Shown here piece by piece: positions 30,889 through 42,331 of a stretch of DNA of 64,000 bases. The translations under genes were made by a program, and so were the position numbers. How positions within the stretch are numbered: the first letter of the stretch is position 1; every line of letters begins with the position of its first letter. Origin of the DNA: Epithemia pelagica (lineage: Eukaryota; Protista; Bacillariophyta); NCBI GenBank assembly GCA_946965045.2, contig OX337229.1, positions 5,146,001 through 5,210,000 of the forward strand, written 5' to 3'. Under the pieces are notes generated by a model. The model made no database searches. It worked only from the letters and a program-made list of their open reading frames with translations, and was not told where the DNA came from.

Positions 30889-32856
30889 CTCCCTCCTGAA
30901 AGAAAATACTTCACGCTTTTACAAAAAAAACGATAATTTCACAAGCGAACGTCCTTTTTCCGTAATTTTTTTTTGTTAGAAAGCCCTACTCATTAGCTCT
31001 GTTTTGGTGTATAATTTATATGTTCGATTCTTGCGTCGGAACGAGCTACGACCGTTCAAAAGGCGTGATTTTGAGCATCGGTCTTCAGAGCCCACCGGTT
31101 GACACTTCTATGGCGCCTACGAACACGTCCTCTTCAGGGCGGCCCCCCAGGGCACCAAAGTACAAGACCATGCGTGAAACTGATAAGGTTCGCATCGTTT
31201 CAGCGCTCAATTCCATGGTCAACCAAGGCACCTTTGGCCGTGGTTCCATTTCTTCCATGGCTAGAGAGATGGGTTATGACAGGTCGACTATAAGTAAACT
31301 CTGGAACGGCGCGCGTGTGACACGCGCCACGGGCGTAATTCATTCACCTGAAATTTCAAGAAAGCTTGACAGGCGTGGGCGAAGGCCTAAATTGTCTCCT
31401 TCTACGATTAGAGTAAAGGTAAAAGCCCTTCCGTTGAACGCACGGAACACAAGGCAAAACCTCTCCTTCGCGTTGCGAGTTTCACACACCACTGTGAACT
31501 CGTGGGTGAAGAAAGGGATCCTTCGCACTCACAGGAACATGTTGAAACCGACGCTAACTGAACAGAACAAGCTCTCCAGGCTCTTGATGGCAACATCATT
31601 TGTCAAGGAGAAGGACAACAAGCCAGGTGAGTATGAGTACGAGGATATGCTGGACCTTGTGCACATTGATGAAAAATGGTTTTACCTGTCACAAGATGGA
31701 AAGAGATTTGTGCTTGCAGACGAGGAGGAAAATCCACATCGTACTGTGAAACATAAGAGCCACATCACCAAGGTGATGTTTCTGTGTGCTGTTGCAAGGC
31801 CCAGGTTCATCCCCCACCTGAACAAGTGGTGGGATGGCAAGATTGGCATCTGGCCCATTGGTGAGTGGGTTCCTGCCAAAAGGGATTCTGCTAATCGCCC
31901 GAAAGGTACTCCGGTGTGGAAAAATACCAGTATTACCAGGGATGTGTACCGGTCCCTATTGGTGGAGACGGTATTGCCTGGAATCATGGAGCGGTGGCCA
32001 GTGGAAGACAGAAAAGAAAGGGTGATAAGAATTCAGCAGGATGGTGCCAAGTCTCACATTTCAGAACGTGACCCTGAGTTCCTTGAATTCCTAAAGGATC
32101 TCAAGAATGATGGACAGTTGGATGCAACACTCTACACCCAGTCTCCCAATAGTCCAGATACAAACATCTGTGACTTGGGGTTTTTCAGGGCCATTCAGAG
32201 TGCAAGTCTGATTGTTGGATCAAATGAAAAGGCTTTGATTGATGCCGTGACCAAGGCCTTCAATGAGTATCCCAAAGAAAAGCTGAACAGGACCTGGCTA
32301 ACCCTACAGTCATGCTTCAACATGATCATTGAGGAAGATGGTGGAAATGACTACAAGATCCCCCACATGAATAAGGAGGGTCTTGAACGGATTGGTCAAC
32401 TTCCCACGGTGTTGGACGTCACCGAGGCCTTCACAGCAAACAACAATCTGCATCTACTGGAATAGAAAAACCTAAAGCTAAATGAATACCTGGCCAACCT
32501 CCACTTGATCCAGGAGGTGGCCAAGGGCTACGGCCAATGATTGTCCCTATAGGTAAAGGAATAGGAGTTCTTGTTGTTGCTGTGTGGTTGTTGTTGCGAG
32601 TTTCCTTCATGTGTGTTGTTGGAGGGAGACGAGTGAGTTTTTTCCCATCACTAATCGCCAGGTTGTAGCTGTGGAACCAATGGATCTGGCAAGTGGCACG
32701 TGTCATTGGTTTATGTTCATCTACGAAATCAGGGTGGAGTTCGACTCCGAATGAGCCAGCCGGCCTCCTGTAGACTTGTACCAGAGCCTACGTAATCTTT
32801 TTATGCGACTAAAAAACACAAAAAAAAAGCGTGAAGTATTTTCTTTCAGGAGGGAG
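30889..32856 (+). mobile_element. Intact Tc1/mariner element, 1,968 bp (unit A)
   Basis: Perfect 32-bp TIR CTCCCTCCTGAAAGAAAATACTTCACGCTTTT; TA TSD; empty site with a single TA at 16922-23. Confidence 0.97.
31110..32465 (+). CDS. Mariner transposase, plant-mariner-like, DD43D spacing
   Basis: HIDEKWFY, KVMFL, IQQDGAKSH and PNSPDTNICDLGFF motifs; the ORF is also open from 31020. Confidence 0.95.
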   Translation: MAPTNTSSSGRPPRAPKYKTMRETDKVRIVSALNSMVNQGTFGRGSISSMAREMGYDRSTISKLWNGARVTRATGVIHSPEISRKLDRRGRRPKLSPSTIRVKVKALPLNARNTRQNLSFALRVSHTTVNSWVKKGILRTHRNMLKPTLTEQNKLSRLLMATSFVKEKDNKPGEYEYEDMLDLVHIDEKWFYLSQDGKRFVLADEEENPHRTVKHKSHITKVMFLCAVARPRFIPHLNKWWDGKIGIWPIGEWVPAKRDSANRPKGTPVWKNTSITRDVYRSLLVETVLPGIMERWPVEDRKERVIRIQQDGAKSHISERDPEFLEFLKDLKNDGQLDATLYTQSPNSPDTNICDLGFFRAIQSASLIVGSNEKALIDAVTKAFNEYPKEKLNRTWLTLQSCFNMIIEEDGGNDYKIPHMNKEGLERIGQLPTVLDVTEAFTANNNLHLLE

Positions 32857-33268
32857 TAGGAGTAGAAAACACACAGCGTTTAGATTGCGCGTATCTTAAC
32901 AGTTGTTCTGTGAAAGGTCAATGGTTGATTCTTCTCTTTTAGGTGTTTCAGTTGTCTGGTGGCAATGCTTCTTTGGTCCCTTTTTGGCATGCAGGACCAG
33001 TTCCGGTGACATAATATCACCTTGCACCTTGCACACTCACGCTCGTGCGGATCGTACAAAGAGCAGACAAGAACACGGAGCAAATTTCGCCGTGCCTTCA
33101 CAATTTCAACCAGTAGAAGTACCACATTACATACCCCTAAGAAATGTGATGACAATTTGAACTGCTCCATATTATATGAGAATCATTTCTAGTTTCTTCT
33201 CTTGCTAGCATTTTCTTCGGGAATTCCACATACAAATCTTCATCGCCATCCCAGCACGCCATTGCTGT

Positions 33269-34009
33269 TTAGAGAAGCATAAAGGCGGGGGTCAAGAGAG
33301 CAGCAATCGCAGCAGCCCCGGTGGAAGGCTGAGTCGCGGCCGATGTATGCGGATCGTCACAAACGAGCTGGGAGGTACCATCTGCAATCACATTGCAACC
33401 TTGATTTTTGCAGGGAACTTCCAAATCGTGAAGTCCCGTTTCGGCCTCGGGGTTGATGTCATCGTGGTCACACAAATCATGGAACGCACGAAGGATACGG
33501 AAATTTGCTCCACATTCCGTAGCTGCGTCGTTACACTCGTTCAAACACCCATCATTGAGCAAGGCGGTGTAGGCGGCGTTACCACTTCCATCTTCGCAGA
33601 CGACTGGGTCACAGAGGTCAAATTCCGGATCGGGTTGACGAAGAATGTGGCAGCCTTCACAAACGTCTTCGTAAACATGAATGCTGTCTTCGACGGGCTT
33701 GGGGAGGACATCTTCCAAACAAAAGTCATGGTGAGTACGAATGATCAAAAAGTTGGTGTGGCATACTTCCGATTCACAATTTTTGCCGCAATTGTTCTCA
33801 TTCAACTTGGCCAAGGCGGAAGTCATTTGTTCCTGATCACTGCAATCAATCGTAAATCCATGCTCGGCCGCCGCACAAGCACAGCTCTCCTCGCCGTCAT
33901 GGTTATGGCCGTCGTCACCCGAAGCCTCCACCAAATGATCCCCCATGGAGAGGATTACAGCAAAGAAAGTGGCTGCAGAGAAGAGCGATGGTTTGCCGAA
34001 AATCTTCAT
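33269..34009 (-). CDS. Secreted, probably membrane/GPI-anchored Cys/His-rich protein with two internal repeats (copy 2, intact, 246 aa)
   Basis: Signal-like MKIFGKPSLFSAATFFAVILS; His patch DDGHNHD; two repeats with NFxIxRxxHDxC...HxxE; hydrophobic C-terminus AAIAALLTPAFMLL. Function unknown. Confidence 0.8.
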   Translation of the reverse strand: MKIFGKPSLFSAATFFAVILSMGDHLVEASGDDGHNHDGEESCACAAAEHGFTIDCSDQEQMTSALAKLNENNCGKNCESEVCHTNFLIIRTHHDFCLEDVLPKPVEDSIHVYEDVCEGCHILRQPDPEFDLCDPVVCEDGSGNAAYTALLNDGCLNECNDAATECGANFRILRAFHDLCDHDDINPEAETGLHDLEVPCKNQGCNVIADGTSQLVCDDPHTSAATQPSTGAAAIAALLTPAFMLL

Positions 34010-35074
34010 GGTCCAAGTCGAAAGTGTGCTAACAATGAGAAAGTTTTGTGCTTGTGAGTGAAAAAGAGGCTTTTCCCACAAAATCGTGCGATCTTTGGCC
34101 AGATCATTTCCCAGCAGAAAAGGCCTTGTCTCTTGGCCTTGCCAGTCTTGACATTTCTATATTCAATTGCCATCTGTCATACAAGAAACGCTAGAGATTG
34201 TTGACTTTCGACGCGTAAAGTTGGCGAACTTGTAGGAATCACTACGAATGCGTACAGTACCGCGAACCAGCTGCCGGGATCTCCGGGTACAAAATTATCG
34301 TACACTACTATAAGCTTCTGTTGCGCCAGGTCAGGTTCGTGTGGACAGAACTTACTTGCACTCGGTACTCGTACGAGTATGCGAAATTCGAACGACGACA
34401 TCAGAACAAGAAAGGCCATAACAAACAAGAGTCGACAAAGAAGGCCATTTTTTTATTATGAAAGGCCGATTGTTACGGATGATAGTCCAGTCACGCTTGG
34501 TTCACGCGTTCGCGCATGCCGATCCTCCAGTCGCTTCTGGTCGCGGGCCACCGCGCTTTCGGATACTGACGTGTGACAGAGCGGGAACAGAAACGAGAAG
34601 GCTTGTGTCGTTGCTTCCCCCGGCGGGTCCGGCTGTGGACGTGGACTAGACACACATTCGCGTCCCTCGTCAGAGTTCAGAGTGCGCAAAAAGATGTATT
34701 ATCGTGTCGTCTGGCAAATTGCAAACCAACAAGAGAGAAGCCAGAACTCGTTCAGGCAACAGAAAAAAAGTTGGGAACTGGAGCTGTCAATCAGTTTCTC
34801 ACAAACGATCACACTCTTTCTTAGTTAAGAAAAGGTAAGGGGAAACGACTTGGATCAGAGCATAGAGTGAGTGCCGAGGCAGCTGACCTTTTCTCGAAAC
34901 AATGAGAACCCGAAGAAAAAGGTTGTTCTATATATCCACGTCTAAACTCACCATTGATTTTGCCGTGTTCTTAATGTCTCGTTCTCCTTCCTTGAAACAG
35001 TGTTGTTTTGGATTGGAAGCTTTATCTTGGTAGTTTGATACGAAAGCCTTGCACTTGACATCCTTCATCATACC

Positions 35075-36438
35075 ATGAGGTTTCGGAACGCCATGAGAAC
35101 AATGAACTGGATGTTTGTCGTCCTTCAATCACTCATGAGTTTGTTTGGTGGAGCAACCATGACGGGCGCTGTCTTTGTGTCTGCATCATCACCGACCCAA
35201 CAGGCTCAAACATTTCCTCGTCGCCTTCCGGCCATTGTATCCAAGGGATACAAATGGTTTGATTCGGAAACGGGTCAAGAGTTTGTCGTCCGTGGAATCG
35301 ACTACTTTCCTCGACCGAACCAGGGACCCTTGAATCACAACTCCATGGATTTGTATACGGAGGAGTATCGTCATATATGGGAACGTGATATTCCCTACCT
35401 ACAAGAATTGGGAGTCAATGCGATTCGACTCTATGCCGTTGATCCCACTCAAGATCACACATCCTTCATGTACGTGTAGCTGTCGTTTTCGTGATCCTTG
35501 TGGTTGTTGTTGCTGTTGCGGTGTTTACTGGAATGCCTCTTTCGTGCTCTCTTTACTTTTCTTCTGACATGAAACTTGTGTTTCGTCTGTTGCCATATAT
35601 CAGGTGTGCCATGGAAGCGGCTGGTATTTATGTGATTGTGGCCTTGGCGCACGATTGTCCTACGTGTGCCATTACACGAGAGGCTTCGCCAGACTGTTAT
35701 CCACCCGAACTCAAATTGCAAGGACAGGCAGTCATTCAAGCCTTTGCTGGATTTACCAATACCTTGGCCTTTTCAGCTGGAAATGAACTGAAGGTCCTGA
35801 ACTTCTTCCATCGATCTCAAACCCGAGTCGCCGCCAAGATGCAGAGTTCCGGCAACGAATTTTATCTCGGCCAGTTTCTATTTGCAATTGATGAAGCAAT
35901 CCAGGAATTTGTTGTGTCACTCTCAAGTGCCTCTTCTTTGTCTGACATCGGCTTCACCGACTTAGAAGAGCGGATCAACTGGATCCTCTTCTCCGTCAAA
36001 ACTGGTTCCGGCCTGGTCTCACTCCCACCTGCCCTCCAAGCCAAGTTTCAAGCTCAACAGACAAAGAACTCACAGAAGAAACGATCTGGTGGATCAGAAG
36101 ACGGCTCCCCAAACTCCAAGAGACAACAAGGATCATCCTCATCATCCTCTTCCACATCTCCCAACCCACCAGCCAAGTTCTCTTCTCCCTCCCATTGGCT
36201 GCTCCCGGAGAATAAGAATTACATGAAAGTTTTTCCGCCAAGTGTATTGACCAACATCCCATCTGCAGAGAAAGAGGGCAAACCGATTCCCTTTTGCAAC
36301 ATCCTTTTCACCAAAGGAATTTGTAAAAAGGGCAAGAAGTGCAAATTCATCCACGATGACCCAGCGAAGCACGGGAAGAAAGAAGCAATGGATGAATTCT
36401 ATCGCTCTGCTTATAACACCGCCAATTCCAACAATTGA
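35075..36438 (+). CDS. Chimeric ORF: GH72 N-terminus fused in frame to the DIRS gag C-terminus
   Basis: Intron 35470-35603; junction ...AFSAGNE / LKVLNFFHRS... at 35787/35788; no stop until 36438. Expression unknown. Confidence 0.7.
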
Positions 36439-37877
36439 TGCCAGGACGGACTGATTGTTGCTTCATCCTTCACTCCTCTCCCTTCTCCAGACAACTCTCA
36501 GTCCGCAAGTAACAGTAGAACAAATATAAATGCAGATGAGTCTCTTTCCTCATCCTCTTCATCCATCATTGTCCCCACGTTTCTTCCACCCCAAGCACCC
36601 CCTTCATCTTCCGCCAAGCCAAGAATTCCGACCTCGACGAATCCCTTCTTGACGAAGCACCTCTCTCATGACTACCCTCGTTTCCCAGACACTCTCCAAG
36701 ACGAAATCTCTCAGCTGTCAATTGTATCTTTGGACCGTCGTGTCTCTTTTCCGAATGACACCGACTCCCTTCACAAGATACGTTCCTTTTCAGTTGAAGA
36801 TCCCCCATCAAGTCTGCCACGCGCACCCACGACTTCGATCACCCAAGATCCTTCCGTTGAGTCCAGTCCATCTATAGCCCAATTGAATACCCCCCGCTCC
36901 CCAAGTCCCCCAAGTCACGCCACCGAAAATCTACCCTCACAAATTCAGAAAACTCCCCCCGGTAGTTCTTCTGTAATCATTGGGTCTGATTTCAAAGGAA
37001 AGCCTCTTCAGCGGAACATGCAACGATTGGAAGCAGCGAGAAAATCGGATTTGACATTACTAGGTGAGTTATCTATTGTTCCTTGCGACGATCCCTCTCT
37101 CGAGCCATCCCCCAAGTGCTACCTTCCGAATGACGTCTCCAAGATCTTCTCCAAGCGTTTGTTCCCACCAAGACTCCAAGACGTGACCCACCCCCTCCAG
37201 CTGTCCACGATTCTATCTATCGCTTCGGACACACCACCAACCCCAAAGCCATCACCCTTCCTCCATGGGATCGATGACAAGTCAGTCATGTCCAATTCGA
37301 TCCACAACTCACAGCTGATTGCTGGATTCGATCATGAGATGCAACAAGTGTTAGACAGCCACCCTGGCTCCGTCATATCACCTGGCTCAGAATTTCGCAC
37401 AGCCGAAATACTCCGCCCCTTACTCAGCGGCCATCCTTACTGGTCACGCTTCGAGCACAACATCATTCACGGTGTCTCTTACCCTCTCACAGCTGAGGAA
37501 TACGAGCCAGCCAGACTCGCCGAAAACGAGGCAATCCTCGCGTATGGCAATCACGCATCCGGCAAGAAACACCCAGAGGCTCTCTCCAAAGTTCTTTGTA
37601 AGGACGCTGCCAAAGGTTTTTCCCTACCAATAACCTTTGACTGCGCCAGGACAATCAAGCACAGCAGGATAAGTCCCATGGGAGTAGCTCATCAACTCGG
37701 CATTGACGCAAACGGGACCTCATCCCCAAATTGCGTCTCACCCATGACCAATCCTTCTCCTTGGGCTTTTGCCCTTCCACCAACGACCTCATTGACCAAG
37801 ACCGGTTGATTGATTTAGTTTTGGGGCATTGCACCAATCGCATCCTCCACCAGATCGTTACGCTTCGTTGACATTAC
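35788..37877 (+). mobile_element. Duplicated DIRS-like fragment (gag C-terminus and RT N-terminus) in unit B
   Basis: Copy of 28528-30617. Confidence 0.85.
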
Positions 37878-38006
37878 GAAGCAGCTCAAGCGCATCAACG
37901 GGGTATTCATGGAGTCCCCTTTTTTGAATTCGAAGGAGAGCCCGCGTTTTCTGGTGCTCAAGATGTCACCACCTTTGTGAAATATCTGCGTCAATATGCA
38001 TCCTGA
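37878..38006 (+). pseudogene. C-terminal fragment of the DsbA/FrnE-like gene (unit B)
   Basis: Copy of 30618-30746. Confidence 0.8.
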
Positions 38007-38148
38007 GAATGATAAGAGTTCTAGGAGAAAGGTGAAAAAGAGTTTAATAATGTAATGACATAGTCCCACAAGAGTGTATTATTTGTTGTTTCAGCGCGCT
38101 ATGTTGCCTATGAGCTAGCTGTATCCTCATGTTATTGTGACGGAAATA

Positions 38149-40116
38149 CTCCCTCCTGAAAGAAAATACTTCACGCTTTTACAAAAAAAACGATAATTTC
38201 ACAAGCGAACGTCCTTTTTCCGTAATTTTTTTTTGTTAGAAAGCCCTACTCATTAGCTCTGTTTTGGTGTATAATTTATATGTTCGATTCTTGCGTCGGA
38301 ACGAGCTACGACCGTTCAAAAGGCGTGATTTTGAGCATCGGTCTTCAGAGCCCACCGGTTGACACTTCTATGGCGCCTACGAACACGTCCTCTTCAGGGC
38401 GGCCCCCCAGGGCACCAAAGTACAAGACCATGCGTGAAACTGATAAGGTTCGCATCGTTTCAGCGCTCAATTCCATGGTCAACCAAGGCACCTTTGGCCG
38501 TGGTTCCATTTCTTCCATGGCTAGAGAGATGGGTTATGACAGGTCGACTATAAGTAAACTCTGGAACGGCGCGCGTGTGACACGCGCCACGGGCGTAATT
38601 CATTCACCTGAAATTTCAAGAAAGCTTGACAGGCGTGGGCGAAGGCCTAAATTGTCTCCTTCTACGATTAGAGTAAAGGTAAAAGCCCTTCCGTTGAACG
38701 CACGGAACACAAGGCAAAACCTCTCCTTCGCGTTGCGAGTTTCACACACCACTGTGAACTCGTGGGTGAAGAAAGGGATCCTTCGCACTCACAGGAACAT
38801 GTTGAAACCGACGCTAACTGAACAGAACAAGCTCTCCAGGCTCTTGATGGCAACATCATTTGTCAAGGAGAAGGACAACAAGCCAGGTGAGTATGAGTAT
38901 GAGGATATGCTGGACCTTGTGCACATTGATGAAAAATGGTTTTACCTGTCACAAGATGGAAAGAGATTTGTGCTTGCAGACGAGGAGGAAAATCCACATC
39001 GTACTGTGAAACATAAGAGCCACATCACCAAGGTGATGTTTCTGTGTGCTGTTGCAAGGCCCAGGTTCATCCCCCACCTGAACAAGTGGTGGGATGGCAA
39101 GATTGGCATCTGGCCCATTGGTGAGTGGGTTCCTGCCAAAAGGGATTCTGCTAATCGCCCGAAAGGTACTCCGGTGTGGAAAAATACCAGTATTACCAGG
39201 GATGTGTACCGGTCCCTATTGGTGGAGACGGTATTGCCTGGAATCATGGAGCGGTGGCCAGTGGAAGACAGAAAAGAAAGGGTGATAAGAATTCAGCAGG
39301 ATGGTGCCAAGTCTCACATTTCAGAACGTGACCCTGAGTTCCTTGAATTCCTAAAGGATCTCAAGAATGATGGACAGTTGGATGCAACACTCTACACCCA
39401 GTCTCCCAATAGTCCAGATACAAACATCTGTGACTTGGGGTTTTTCAGGGCCATTCAGAGTGCAAGTCTGATTGTTGGATCAAATGAAAAGGCTTTGATT
39501 GATGCCGTGACCAAGGCCTTCAATGAGTATCCCAAAGAAAAGCTGAACAGGACCTGGCTAACCCTACAGTCATGCTTCAACATGATCATTGAGGAAGATG
39601 GTGGAAATGACTACAAGATCCCCCACATGAATAAGGAGGGTCTTGAACGGATTGGTCAACTTCCCACGGTGTTGGACGTCACCGAGGCCTTCACAGCAAA
39701 CAACAATCTGCATCTACTGGAATAGAAAAACCTAAAGCTAAATGAATACCTGGCCAACCTCCACTTGATCCAGGAGGTGGCCAGGGGCTACGGCCAATGA
39801 TTGTCCCTATAGGTAAAGGAATAGGAGTTCTTGTTGTTGCTGTGTGGTTGTTGTTGCGAGTTTCCTTCATGTGTGTTGTTGGAGGGAGACGAGTGAGTTT
39901 TTTCCCATCACTAATCGCCAGGTTGTAGCTGTGGAACCAATGGATCTGGCAAGTGGCACGTGTCATTGGTTTATGTTCATCTACGAAATCAGGGTGGAGT
40001 TCGACTCCGAATGAGCCAGCCGGCCTCCTGTAGACTTGTACCAGAGCCTACGTAATCTTTTTATGCGACTAAAAAACACAAAAAAAAAGCGTGAAGTATT
40101 TTCTTTCAGGAGGGAG
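38149..40116 (+). mobile_element. Intact Tc1/mariner element (unit B)
   Basis: Copy of 30889-32856 in identical flanks, so it was duplicated with the segment rather than inserted independently. Confidence 0.97.
38370..39725 (+). CDS. Mariner transposase (unit B)
   Basis: Same protein as 31110..32465. Confidence 0.95.
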   Translation: MAPTNTSSSGRPPRAPKYKTMRETDKVRIVSALNSMVNQGTFGRGSISSMAREMGYDRSTISKLWNGARVTRATGVIHSPEISRKLDRRGRRPKLSPSTIRVKVKALPLNARNTRQNLSFALRVSHTTVNSWVKKGILRTHRNMLKPTLTEQNKLSRLLMATSFVKEKDNKPGEYEYEDMLDLVHIDEKWFYLSQDGKRFVLADEEENPHRTVKHKSHITKVMFLCAVARPRFIPHLNKWWDGKIGIWPIGEWVPAKRDSANRPKGTPVWKNTSITRDVYRSLLVETVLPGIMERWPVEDRKERVIRIQQDGAKSHISERDPEFLEFLKDLKNDGQLDATLYTQSPNSPDTNICDLGFFRAIQSASLIVGSNEKALIDAVTKAFNEYPKEKLNRTWLTLQSCFNMIIEEDGGNDYKIPHMNKEGLERIGQLPTVLDVTEAFTANNNLHLLE

Positions 40117-40528
40117 TAGGAGTAGAAAACACACAGCGTTTAGATTGCGCGTATCTTAACAGTTGTTCTGTGAAAGGTCAATGGTTGATTCTTCTCTTTT
40201 AGGTGTTTCAGTTGTCTGGTGGCAATGCTTCTTTGGTCCCTTTTTGGCATGCAGGACCAGTTCCGGTGACATAATATCACCTTGCACCTTGCACACTCAC
40301 GCTCGTGCGGATCGTACAAAGAGCAGACAAGAACACGGAGCAAATTTCGCCGTGCCTTCACAATTTCAACCAGTAGAAGTACCACATTACATACCCCTAA
40401 GAAATGTGATGACAATTTGAACTGCTCCATATTATATGAGAATCATTTCTAGTTTCTTCTCTTGCTAGCATTTTCTTCGGGAATTCCACATACAAATCTT
40501 CATCGCCATCCCAGCACGCCATTGCTGT

Positions 40529-41269
40529 TTAGAGAAGCATAAAGGCGGGGGTCAAGAGAGCAGCAATCGCAGCAGCCCCGGTGGAAGGCTGAGTCGCGGC
40601 CGATGTATGCGGATCGTCACAAACGAGCTGGGAGGTACCATCTGCAATCACATTGCAACCTTGATTTTTGCAGGGAACTTCCAAATCGTGAAGTCCCGTT
40701 TCGGCCTCGGGGTTGATGTCATCGTGGTCACACAAATCATGGAACGCACGAAGGATACGGAAATTTGCTCCACATTCCGTAGCTGCGTCGTTACACTCGT
40801 TCAAACACCCATCATTGAGCAAGGCGGTGTAGGCGGCGTTACCACTTCCATCTTCGCAGACGACTGGGTCACAGAGGTCAAATTCCGGATCGGGTTGACG
40901 AAGAATGTGGCAGCCTTCACAAACGTCTTCGTAAACATGAATGCTGTCTTCGACGGGCTTGGGGAGGACATCTTCCAAACAAAAGTCATGGTGAGTACGA
41001 ATGATCAAAAAGTTGGTGTGGCATACTTCCGATTCACAATTTTTGCCGCAATTGTTCTCATTCAACTTGGCCAAGGCGGAAGTCATTTGTTCCTGATCAC
41101 TGCAATCAATCGTAAATCCATGCTCGGCCGCCGCACAAGCACAGCTCTCCTCGCCGTCATGGTTATGGCCGTCGTCACCCGAAGCCTCCACCAAATGATC
41201 CCCCATGGAGAGGATTACAGCAAAGAAAGTGGCTGCAGAGAAGAGCGATGGTTTGCCGAAAATCTTCAT
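40529..41269 (-). CDS. Cys/His-rich two-repeat secreted protein (copy 3, intact)
   Basis: Same translation as 33269..34009. Confidence 0.8.
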   Translation of the reverse strand: MKIFGKPSLFSAATFFAVILSMGDHLVEASGDDGHNHDGEESCACAAAEHGFTIDCSDQEQMTSALAKLNENNCGKNCESEVCHTNFLIIRTHHDFCLEDVLPKPVEDSIHVYEDVCEGCHILRQPDPEFDLCDPVVCEDGSGNAAYTALLNDGCLNECNDAATECGANFRILRAFHDLCDHDDINPEAETGLHDLEVPCKNQGCNVIADGTSQLVCDDPHTSAATQPSTGAAAIAALLTPAFMLL

Positions 41270-42331
41270 GGTCCAAGTCGAAAGTGTGCTAACAATGAGA
41301 AAGTTTTGTGCTTGTGAGTGAAAAAGAGGCTTTTCCCACAAAATCGTGCGATCTTTGGCCAGATCATTTCCCAGCAGAAAAGGCCTTGTCTCTTGGCCTT
41401 GCCAGTCTTGACATTTCTATATTCAATTGCCATCTGTCATACAAGAAACGCTAGAGATTGTTGACTTTCGACGCGTAAAGTTGGCGAACTTGTAGGAATC
41501 ACTACGAATGCGTACAGTACCGCGAACCAGCTGCCGGGATCTCCGGGTACAAAATTATCGTACACTACTATAAGCTTCTGTTGCGCCAGGTCAGGTTCGT
41601 GTGGACAGAACTTACTTGCACTCGGTACTCGTACGAGTATGCGAAATTCGAACGACGACATCAGAACAAGAAAGGCCATAACAAACAAGAGTCGACAAAG
41701 AAGGCCATTTTTTTATTATGAAAGGCCGATTGTTACGGATGATAGTCCAGTCACGCTTGGTTCACGCGTTCGCGCATGCCGATCCTCCAGTCGCTTCTGG
41801 TCGCGGGCCACCGCGCTTTCGGATACTGACGTGTGACAGAGCGGGAACAGAAACGAGAAGGCTTGTGTCGTTGCTTCCCCCTTCCCCCGGCGGGTCCGGC
41901 TGTGGACGTGGACACGACACACATTCGCGTCCCTCGTCAGAGGCAAAAAGATGTATTATCGTGTCGTCTGGCAAATTGCAAACCAACAAGAGAGAAGCCA
42001 GAACTCGTTCAGGCAACAGAAAAAAAGTTGGGAACTGGAGCTGTCAATCAGTTTCTCACAAACGATCACACTCTTTCTTAGTTAAGAAAAGGTAAGGGGA
42101 AACGACTTGGATCAGAGCATAGAGTGAGTGCCGAGGCAGCTGACCTTTTCTCGAAACAATGAGAACCCGAAGAAAAAGGTTGTTCTATATATCCACGTCT
42201 AAACTCACCATTGATTTTGCCGTGTTCTTAATGTCTCGTTCTCCTTCCTTGAAACAGTGTTGTTTTGGATTGGAAGCTTTATCTTGGTAGTTTGATACGA
42301 AAGCCTTGCACTTGACATCCTTCATCATACC

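Noticed and set aside
33347-34057. Long plus-strand ORFs opposite the Cys/His gene (also 23614..24243 and 40607..41317)
   Set aside because: Antisense shadows of the real minus-strand gene.
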